A stretch of 64,000 nt of DNA from a bacterium (GTDB lineage Bacteria > Bacillota_I > Bacilli_A > Izemoplasmatales > UBA1188): NCBI GenBank assembly GCA_017960565.1, contig JAGCYY010000009.1, forward strand, positions 6,874 through 70,873, in the 5' to 3' direction. The notes under the pieces were generated by a model. The model ran no database searches and had not been told where the DNA came from. It was given only the letters and a program-made list of their open reading frames with translations. This document shows positions 28,953 through 36,412 of this stretch, piece by piece (positions within the stretch are counted from its first letter, which is position 1; each line of letters starts with the position of its first letter). Both the position numbers and the translations under genes were made by a program.

Positions 28953-29587
28953 TTACTAAGAATTATAATCACATATCCTGGAGTATATATATAATTACTC
29001 ATATATTTGTCTAAAAATATGAATAATTCAAATATTATATTTAAGAATAAGAATTTTTCACAATTATATATAAATTATTTACACTATATATGTATATATA
29101 ATGAAAACAATAATGAAACTGTTGTATAATCAGACACTACATTAGACTATGATGACTAAAGATAATAATCTTTTTAAAAATTTACCAAAAATGGGATAAA
29201 TTTTTAATAAAATGTAGAAAAAATGTCATTTAAATGAATGGCAGATTTAGATCAAGTAGAAATCAACATTTTTAAAAGATATAGTTTTCATTCATATATA
29301 ATTAAATCATTAAATGGTATAGAGAAACTAAAAGAAGAATCTGAAACTAAATATGAAGGTGTTTATAGAAGCTGAAACTATTCAAATGTATATTTTTTTA
29401 AATAATGCCTCTAGAGTAGAATGGACTTTAGATATATATGAATAAAATTAATTAAATATTATATTTTTATTATAATTAAATAAAATCATATGAAATTAAA
29501 CCAAAATAAGAATATATAAAGCATATATTATTAACTTTAAAAATTATACTTTTAATAGTATAATTATTTAGGATAAAGGTATTAATT

Positions 29588-30883
29588 ATGTTTATTGATG
29601 AAACTACTCTAAAAATTCAATCAGGAAAAGGCGGCAATGGACTTGTTGCTTTTAGGCATGAGAAATATATGGAAAAAGGTGGTCCATCAGGCGGAAATGG
29701 AGGCAATGGTGGATCAATTATCTTCATCGCAAAAACAAACGAAAACACATTATTACCTTTAAGATATAAGAAAAAGATATCAGCTGAAGATGGCGAAAAT
29801 GGCAAAATCAAAAACATGACAGGAAAATCTGGAGAAGATATGATAATAAATGTTCCTATTGGAACACAGATTTTTAATAATAAAACAGGTGATTTAATTG
29901 CTGATTTAATTGAAAAAGATGAACCAAGAATCATTTTAAAAGGTGGAAGAGGTGGAAGAGGAAACGCAATGTTTGCGAATTCTAGAAATAAAGCCCCTAA
30001 ATTCGCTGAACCTGGTGAATCGGGAAAAGAATTAGAAATACGCTTAGAATTAAAGGTTCTCGCAGATGCTGGACTTGTGGGCTTCCCAAGTGTTGGAAAA
30101 TCAACTATAATTTCCGTTATTTCTGAATGCAAACCTAAAATTGCAGCTTATCATTTTACTACCTTACAGCCTAATTTAGGTATGGTTTTAGTGCCTGATG
30201 ATAAATCTTTTGTCTGTGCTGATTTACCTGGTTTGATCGAAGGAGCATCAGAAGGGCTCGGACTAGGATTTCAGTTCTTAAAACACGTTGAAAGGACAAA
30301 AGTTATAGTTCATGTTTTAGATGGATCAAAAGAAGAAGGAAGCTTATTTAAAGATTATGAATCAATTAGAAATGAACTAAAAATATACGATGAAAATATA
30401 CTTAAAAAAGGTGAATTAATAGTCATAAATAAATCTGATTCATTTAATTTTGAATCTAATGTAAATAAGTTCATTACAGAATATAAAAATACATATAAAA
30501 TTGAACCAAACTTCTTAAAGATCTCCGCAATGAATAAAATCGGCCTAAATGAAATGATTTATAAAATAGCTGATTTAATTGATCAAGAAAAAGATAAAAT
30601 CATTGTTCCTGATAATTTGGATTCAGTCGTTGAATATAACTTTGCTCCTGATTCTGATAAAGGATTTGAAGTATCTAAAGATTATGAAAATTTAGTTTAT
30701 GTTGTTTCTGGGCCAAAGATAGAAGAATTACTAAGAACTTTTAATGAAAATAGTCAAGAATCTGTATTCAGATTCGCAAGAAAATTAAAACAATTAGGAG
30801 TAGAAGATGAACTTAAAAGTATTGGCTGCCAAAATGGTGATTTGGTAAGAATTGGCAAAATACAATTTGAGTTTACTGATTAG
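29588..30883 (+). CDS. obg: GTPase Obg/CgtA
   Basis: Gly-rich Obg fold (GGNGGNGGS, GGRGGRGN). G-domain motifs GFPSVGKST, DLPGLIEGA and NKSD. C-terminal OCT/TGS-like domain. Confidence 0.95.
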   Translation: MFIDETTLKIQSGKGGNGLVAFRHEKYMEKGGPSGGNGGNGGSIIFIAKTNENTLLPLRYKKKISAEDGENGKIKNMTGKSGEDMIINVPIGTQIFNNKTGDLIADLIEKDEPRIILKGGRGGRGNAMFANSRNKAPKFAEPGESGKELEIRLELKVLADAGLVGFPSVGKSTIISVISECKPKIAAYHFTTLQPNLGMVLVPDDKSFVCADLPGLIEGASEGLGLGFQFLKHVERTKVIVHVLDGSKEEGSLFKDYESIRNELKIYDENILKKGELIVINKSDSFNFESNVNKFITEYKNTYKIEPNFLKISAMNKIGLNEMIYKIADLIDQEKDKIIVPDNLDSVVEYNFAPDSDKGFEVSKDYENLVYVVSGPKIEELLRTFNENSQESVFRFARKLKQLGVEDELKSIGCQNGDLVRIGKIQFEFTD

Positions 30884-30891
30884 GTGAAATT

Positions 30892-31446
30892 ATGATAGAA
30901 ATTATAAAAGGAAATATTGTAGAGATACAAAAAGATTCAGTAATAATATTATCAAATGAAATAGGATATAGAATATTTACTCCAAATCCATATTCATTTA
31001 AATTAGACGAATATTATTCAGTTTATACTCATCTTCATATTAAAGAAGATAATTTGACACTTTTTGGGTTTTTAGATAAAGAAGAAAAAAAGTTATTTGA
31101 GAAGCTTATAAGTGTAAATGGAATAGGACCTAAGAGTGCAATGGCAATTCTTGCAACAGGATCTGTATCAAATATTGCACAAGCTATAAATTCCGGGGAT
31201 TATAAATATCTATGTAAATTTCCAGGAATTGGTTCAAAATCAGCACAGCAAATTATTTTGGATTTAAAAGGCAAAGTTGATATTAAAGGATACTCAGGAA
31301 ATTATTTAGTATTAGATGAAGTTCATGATGCATTAAGTGTCCTTGGCTATAGCGATAAAGATATTAATAAAGTCTTACCAACTTTAGATACAAGTAAATC
31401 TACAAGCGAATTAATTAAAATTGCTTTGGGAAAAATCATTGGATAA
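30892..31446 (+). CDS. ruvA: Holliday junction DNA helicase subunit RuvA
   Basis: 184 aa. OB-fold N-terminus, HhH motifs ISVNGIGPKSA and FPGIGSKSAQQI, and a small C-terminal domain III. Confidence 0.9.
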   Translation: MIEIIKGNIVEIQKDSVIILSNEIGYRIFTPNPYSFKLDEYYSVYTHLHIKEDNLTLFGFLDKEEKKLFEKLISVNGIGPKSAMAILATGSVSNIAQAINSGDYKYLCKFPGIGSKSAQQIILDLKGKVDIKGYSGNYLVLDEVHDALSVLGYSDKDINKVLPTLDTSKSTSELIKIALGKIIG

Positions 31447-31492
31447 TCTGATAAATTTATTTTTTTAAAATCATTTATAATGAATAAATATA

Positions 31493-31529
31493 AAGACAAG
31501 AATCTAAAACTAATAATCTTGTCTTTTTT
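31493..31529 (+). terminator. intrinsic terminator after ruvA
   Basis: 9-bp perfect stem AAGACAAGA / TCTTGTCTT with a 15-nt loop, followed by a T-run. Confidence 0.7.
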
Positions 31530-31554
31530 ATTTACAATAAAATTTAAGTATCTG

Positions 31555-31604
31555 AAATCGGCCGATTTTTATTTTTTATGGGTAATTATCAATCTTTTGG
31601 AAAG
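31555..31604 (+). repeat. copy 1 of an imperfect direct repeat (GGCC-centred palindrome + ATTTTTTATGGGTAAT core)
   Basis: 14-nt perfect palindrome AAATCGGCCGATTT (31555-31568), then the exact 16-mer ATTTTTTATGGGTAAT (31571-31586), then ...TTTTGGAAA. Confidence 0.6.
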
Positions 31605-32070
31605 TTTCAATTTATAATTAAAACTAGCTTTTTAAGCTATTTTAAACTCCTTAAAAATAAATACATATTTATATTAAAATCTATATTAATTAATAATTAT
31701 ATAAATCACTTAAAAAAATACGAAAAAACATAGATTTCGACCCCAAAAATATCTTATAATCCAATATATATAGAAAAATAAGAATTTATAAATAAAGAGT
31801 ACCAAAATACACTTTACACAATGAAATCAATATTTACCCAGATTTAGCAGTATTTATTTAGTTAACATAATATACATTATAGGAAGTAATTTAATATTTC
31901 TATTTTTCTAGTTAATAGTGCTTTAATATATTTAATTATTTTAAATGAATATGAATAATAAGCCATTTACTTGAAAATTGATATGTTAAATATACTCATT
32001 TTTATATTCTTGATGCCATTTATTTTGAATGCAGCCCAAGTTAAGATAAAACTTCCACTTTTGATGCTTA

Positions 32071-32130
32071 TATTGGCCAAATTTGATATTTTTTATGGGT
32101 AATCCTTATAATTATTCATTTTTGGAAAAA
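32071..32130 (+). repeat. copy 2 of the imperfect direct repeat
   Basis: TTGGCCAA palindrome (32073-32080), the same exact 16-mer ATTTTTTATGGGTAAT (32088-32103), then ...TTTTTGGAAAAA. Lies 517 nt downstream of copy 1. Confidence 0.6.
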
Positions 32131-32303
32131 CTATTTATTGTAGAAAGAATTTAAAAAATCAAAAAATTTTAAAAATACTAAAATTTATCATCCTTCTTCT
32201 TCTACTTTTTTATCTTAGGGGGTAAAAAATTGTTATTTTTTTCATATACTTTTTTAGGCAAAAATCGATAAAATTCAATTTTATAGTTTGTTTATTTTTC
32301 TTG

Positions 32304-32312
32304 TGATATAAT
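32304..32312 (+). promoter_or_regulatory. extended -10 promoter (TGaTATAAT) of rarA
   Basis: TGnTATAAT ends 25 nt upstream of the ATG at 32338; RBS AAAGGAGG lies between. Confidence 0.45.
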
Positions 32313-32337
32313 AATTTTATAAGAAAGGAGGACCATT

Positions 32338-33615
32338 ATGGATTACAAACCTTTAGCAGAAAAATTACGTCCTGAATCATTTGATGATATTATCGGACAA
32401 GATTATCTAGTAGGTGAAAATGGAACAATTAGAAAAATGCTTGAAAATGATAGACTCATTTCTATTATTCTTTATGGTAATCCGGGCATAGGAAAAACCA
32501 CTATCGCAAGAGTTATTACAAAACAATTTCCATTTGAGTCATACTACTTCAGTGCTTCTTCTGACACTAAGGCAACACTTAAAGAAATTATCCAATCATC
32601 AAAAAATTACCGATCTATAATTTTAATAATTGACGAAATTCACAGAATGAACAAAGACATTCAAGACTACTTATTATCATTTATGGAAACAGGTAAAATT
32701 ATAGTTATTGGTTTGACAACTGTGAATCCTTACTTATCTGTAAATCCAGCCATTAGATCAAGATGTTCTATTTTTAGACTTAATGATTTAAAACAATCTG
32801 ATATTAAAAAATATCTAATAAAAATTACTTCTAAACTTGAACATAAAAATCTTATAATTAATGATGATGTTTATGAATACATTTCCAACTCTTGTGGAAA
32901 CGAATTAAGAGTTGCGATCAACAATATGGAATTACTGGATTCTGTGTCAAAAGATAATGATCATATTACTTTAGAATTTGCAGAAAAAACTATTACTACT
33001 CCTAACCTTCATTTAGATAAAAATGGTGACAATTATTATAATTTATTATCAGCTTTACAAAAATCTATTAGAGGATCGGATGTTCATGCAGCTATATACT
33101 ATACAGCAAGACTAATTGTTCTTGGAGATTTAGAAATTATATTAAGAAGACTTGCTGCATGTGTATATGAAGATATCGCTTTAGCAAATCCAACATTATG
33201 TGAAAAAGTTGTATTAGTTGCCCAAGCATGTAGAAATTTAGGTTTTCCAGAAGCTAGACTTCCGCTTGCAAATATTGTTATTGAAATGGCACTAAGTCCT
33301 AAATCAAATAGTGCTTGTCTTGCTATAGATAAAGCACTTGCTGATATAGAATCTAAAGGAAATGATGATGTTCCGGATCATTTAATTAACATAGAAACTT
33401 ATACAAAAAGAGATTCATATATATACCCACATGATTTTAAAAATGCCCTAGTTTATCAACAATATTTGCCTGATAATTTAGTTGGTACTAAATATTATAT
33501 TCCAAATACAAATTCAAAATATGAAGCTCAAATGGCTAATTATTATGAATATTTAGAGAAATACTATCAAGAAGCTAAAAAGCAATTTGATAGTCTTAAA
33601 AAGAATAGCAAATGA
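32338..33615 (+). CDS. rarA: replication-associated recombination protein A (MgsA/RarA AAA+ ATPase)
   Basis: LRPESFDDIIGQ; Walker A GNPGIGKTT; Walker B IDEIHR. MgsA C-terminal signature LSALQKSIRGSDVHAAIYYTARL. Confidence 0.9.
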   Translation: MDYKPLAEKLRPESFDDIIGQDYLVGENGTIRKMLENDRLISIILYGNPGIGKTTIARVITKQFPFESYYFSASSDTKATLKEIIQSSKNYRSIILIIDEIHRMNKDIQDYLLSFMETGKIIVIGLTTVNPYLSVNPAIRSRCSIFRLNDLKQSDIKKYLIKITSKLEHKNLIINDDVYEYISNSCGNELRVAINNMELLDSVSKDNDHITLEFAEKTITTPNLHLDKNGDNYYNLLSALQKSIRGSDVHAAIYYTARLIVLGDLEIILRRLAACVYEDIALANPTLCEKVVLVAQACRNLGFPEARLPLANIVIEMALSPKSNSACLAIDKALADIESKGNDDVPDHLINIETYTKRDSYIYPHDFKNALVYQQYLPDNLVGTKYYIPNTNSKYEAQMANYYEYLEKYYQEAKKQFDSLKKNSK

Positions 33616-33648
33616 TACACTGAAAATAGTTGTCATAAATATACACTA

Positions 33649-33758
33649 AAATTTCAATTTTAAAACATCATTTTTTCATCACATTTCTATCAATCAATTA
33701 TTATATTTATTACACATATATATCATTATATTATCACATAATTATTTTTGAATTTTTT
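33649..33758 (-). repeat. copy B of the ~110-nt bipartite intergenic element (inverted relative to copy A)
   Basis: The reverse complement reads AAAAAATTCAAAAATAATTATGTGATAATA, then a 44-nt spacer, then ATGTGATGAAAAAATGATGTTTTAAAATTGAAATTT. Module spacing is identical to copy A. Confidence 0.6.
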
Positions 33759-33781
33759 ATTTTACAAACCTCAAAACAAAT

Positions 33782-33821
33782 AAAAAAAACAAACATTTTT
33801 TAAGGAATGTTTGTTTTTTTT
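33782..33821. terminator. bidirectional intrinsic terminator between convergent rarA and rnj-like genes
   Basis: 10-bp perfect stem AACAAACATT / AATGTTTGTT, flanked by A8 on the left and T8 on the right. Confidence 0.75.
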
Positions 33822-33838
33822 ATTATAAATTTGATAAT

Positions 33839-35542
33839 TTAATTAGAAATATCTATTATTGCAGGAATTAAAATAGGGCGTTTTCTAGTAATTTTTGTAA
33901 TTAATTTTGATATCTCATTCTTTAATTCTTGCCTTAATTCTTTATAATCAACCTTTTTATATTCTAAATATTCATTTACTATTTCTTTAAATTTTTCTTT
34001 AATTTCTTTAATTACTTCTTCTTGACCGAATTCTGGTAAGAATCCATAAGAAACCATTTCTATATCTTTATATATTTTTCTTTCTTTCAAGTTGATCATT
34101 CCAGAGATTACCAAGAATCCTTCTGATGTTAATGCTTCTCTTTCTCTTGCGACATAGTCATTAATATCTGAATCAGATTCACCACCAAATAAAATATCAC
34201 CAGTTTCAATTAATTCATAATCTAAAATATAGTCTTGATTTTCAAAAGTTGCTACTAAACCATTATCAAGTCTAATGATATGTTTTTCACAAAAACCATA
34301 TTTCTTTGCAATTTCTTCTTGAGCTTTAAGCATTCTATAATCACCTGATATAGGTATTATATATTTTGGTGACATTAAACTATATAGCAATTTTAAATCT
34401 TCAGGACCACATTTTGTTTCAGGCATTAAATTAACATCAAAATCAATAAGATTTGTATTATTTAGCCAAATATTATCCCATGAACTTGCAAGAATCTTTT
34501 CATATTTTTTTGAAATAGACATTAAGAATGTTACATTATCATTAGCTGTTAAATAATAATGTGGATCTTGAAAAGTTGCTATTCTTTGTAAGGCAAAAAA
34601 TGCTTCTGTTTGTTCTCCGGCAATTATTATGACTGTATTTTGTGAGTTTCTAATATCATCTGTTAATAATTGTTTTTCTATATAATACTGAGGATCTTTT
34701 ACAGCATATCCAAGTTCCATTGCAATTTCAACTAATCTTCTTGCTTTTGCACCGATTATTGTTATCTGTCTTTTTTGGAATTCAACAGCATCGATAACTT
34801 GAAGCATACCAGATACATTTTCAGCATCCATAATGATATAATCTCTTCCTTGATGGGCCATTAATTTATGTAGTGCAGCATCAAGATTATCATCAGTTGT
34901 TATGTGCCCTACACTATTAGCTCCAGATGATGGAGTTAATAATACTAAAACACCTTCATCAGCTATTTTATTGATTTTTTTAAAGTTAATTCTAAAATGT
35001 CTTTTTAAGTTTTGATCAAAGTTAAAATCAGGAAGATATACTATGTTTTTATATATAATTTTATCTTCTTCTTCACTGACATTTACTTTAAATGCAAAAC
35101 CAAAAGTATCAGGTACAGAACTTGATAATGTAAAAAATTCGACTTTAGTTTCACCAAATTCAAGAATATCTTCTTTATTTATAATTTTAAAATCAAGTCC
35201 TTCTTTTTCTTCTTGAGCCATCAAAGGAAGATACCACGATTCAATTGCTTTAAATGTATAATCTGAAACATAATAAGGGACTTTCAAGTCTTTAGCAATT
35301 CTTATAAAACCTCCAATATTTTTTTGTCTAAAATGAGATAAAAACAAACCTCTTACTCTATCTATATTATCTAATAAATACGAGAAGTCAGGAATGATTG
35401 AGTCATATCCAAAAACTTGTCCACCAGGAAGTGCACTACCACAGTCCAAAACAAAGATATCTTGGTTGATTTCTAAGACATACATATTCTTGCCTACTTC
35501 ACCAAGACCGCCCAATGCAAAAAAACTAATTTTAGACATCAA
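33839..35542 (-). CDS. RNase J-family protein with degenerate catalytic motifs (J2-like, probably inactive)
   Basis: N-terminus FFALGGLGEVGKNMYV, with an overall metallo-beta-lactamase / beta-CASP / C-terminal-domain layout collinear with B. subtilis RNase J1. However, the HxHxDH motif reads SHFRQKN (35318-35338), and later His ligand positions read SSSVPD, ETKCGPED and PISGDYRM. Confidence 0.8.
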   Translation of the reverse strand: MMSKISFFALGGLGEVGKNMYVLEINQDIFVLDCGSALPGGQVFGYDSIIPDFSYLLDNIDRVRGLFLSHFRQKNIGGFIRIAKDLKVPYYVSDYTFKAIESWYLPLMAQEEKEGLDFKIINKEDILEFGETKVEFFTLSSSVPDTFGFAFKVNVSEEEDKIIYKNIVYLPDFNFDQNLKRHFRINFKKINKIADEGVLVLLTPSSGANSVGHITTDDNLDAALHKLMAHQGRDYIIMDAENVSGMLQVIDAVEFQKRQITIIGAKARRLVEIAMELGYAVKDPQYYIEKQLLTDDIRNSQNTVIIIAGEQTEAFFALQRIATFQDPHYYLTANDNVTFLMSISKKYEKILASSWDNIWLNNTNLIDFDVNLMPETKCGPEDLKLLYSLMSPKYIIPISGDYRMLKAQEEIAKKYGFCEKHIIRLDNGLVATFENQDYILDYELIETGDILFGGESDSDINDYVAREREALTSEGFLVISGMINLKERKIYKDIEMVSYGFLPEFGQEEVIKEIKEKFKEIVNEYLEYKKVDYKELRQELKNEISKLITKITRKRPILIPAIIDISN

Positions 35543-35685
35543 TAAACCTCCTTTGTCCTAAAAATGTCCCCTCTAATTTTATTTTATCATTAAATTTATA
35601 ATTTAAAAAAAATATTTTTTCAAAATTTAAAATATTCTATTTTTATATTTAATATTGTAAAATATAAACATAAAGAGGGAATTTT

Positions 35686-36267
35686 ATGTATAATTATCCA
35701 GTTAAAAGAGTGCCATACAAACAAAAATCTATTTCAACATCTAATAGAGGTATGAAGTTTGAAGAATATATCAACGAATCTAATGAGCAATATCTAAAAA
35801 GAGATATTGCCGTTATTCATAAAAAACCTACTCCTGTTCAAATTGTTGAAGTTGATTATCCAAAAAGATCAATGGCGAAAATAAATGAAGCATATTATAA
35901 AACACCTTCAACTACTGACTATAATGGCGTTTATAGAGGCTATTATATCGATTTTGATGCTAAACAATGCAATTCCACTACATCATTTCCGATAAGCAAT
36001 ATTCATCCACATCAAATTAGACATTTAAATGATATTAAAAGGCATGGTGGAATTGGTTTCTTATTAATATATCTGACTAGATTCAATGAAATTTATTTAC
36101 TTGAATGCGACAAGATGAATTATTTTGTGGAAAGAAGCAAATCTGGTGGTAGAAAATCTATAGAAATAAATGAATTAAGACAAAGCGGATATTTAATTAA
36201 AGAATCATTTCCAATCAGAATTCCCTATTTAGAACAAGTTGATAAAATAATTGATTCATTAAAATAA
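35686..36267 (+). CDS. recU: Holliday junction resolvase RecU
   Basis: 193 aa. NRGMKFEEYINESNEQY, TPSTTDYNGVYRGYYIDFDAK and HQIRHL motifs typical of RecU. Confidence 0.9.
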   Translation: MYNYPVKRVPYKQKSISTSNRGMKFEEYINESNEQYLKRDIAVIHKKPTPVQIVEVDYPKRSMAKINEAYYKTPSTTDYNGVYRGYYIDFDAKQCNSTTSFPISNIHPHQIRHLNDIKRHGGIGFLLIYLTRFNEIYLLECDKMNYFVERSKSGGRKSIEINELRQSGYLIKESFPIRIPYLEQVDKIIDSLK

Positions 36268-36292
36268 TTTTAAAGAACATATTTTGAATAAT

Positions 36293-36324
36293 AACTATCA
36301 TGAATAAATCTTGATAGTTTTTTT
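36293..36324 (+). terminator. intrinsic terminator after recU
   Basis: AACTATCA-11 nt-TGATAGTT hairpin followed by a T-run. Confidence 0.65.
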
Positions 36325-36328
36325 ATAA

Positions 36329-36362
36329 ATAAAAAAGCACTTTTGATATTATCTCAAGTGCT
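36329..36362 (-). terminator. intrinsic terminator after pdp (minus strand)
   Basis: AGCACTT-13 nt-AAGTGCT hairpin. The A6 run on the plus strand corresponds to a U-run on the minus-strand transcript. Confidence 0.6.
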
Positions 36363-36412
36363 ATATCATAAAAATATTGCATATACTAAAAGTCAAATAA
36401 TTTAAAAAAATA

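Noticed and set aside
29238-29375. 45-codon ORF (MADLDQVEINIFKRYSFHSYIIKSLNGIEKLKEESETKYEGVYRS) in the obg upstream gap
   Set aside because: It has no Shine-Dalgarno sequence and no recognisable motif, and its composition is typical of random AT-rich sequence. It is mentioned in the gap finding but not called as a gene.
29617-30132. 171-aa ORF on the minus strand, rich in PPLPP/FPP repeats
   Set aside because: It lies entirely antisense to the well-supported obg gene. Its proline runs are simply the reverse complement of the Obg glycine-rich (GGNGG/GGRGG) codons. There is no RBS.
31447-32337. Decayed ruvB pseudogene filling the gap after ruvA
   Set aside because: The gap size fits, but I could not find any RuvB signature (LRPxxLxEFIGQ, GPPGLGKT, DEIHR) in any frame by eye. 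It is left as a testable hypothesis, not a pseudogene call.
33560-33645. 27-codon hydrophobic ORF (MTTIFSVSFAILFKTIKLLFSFLIVFL) antisense to the rarA 3' end, downstream of element copy B; possible type I toxin
   Set aside because: It has no RBS. Hydrophobic antisense peptides arise easily opposite Lys/Glu-rich coding sequence, and there is no supporting conservation. It is too speculative to call.
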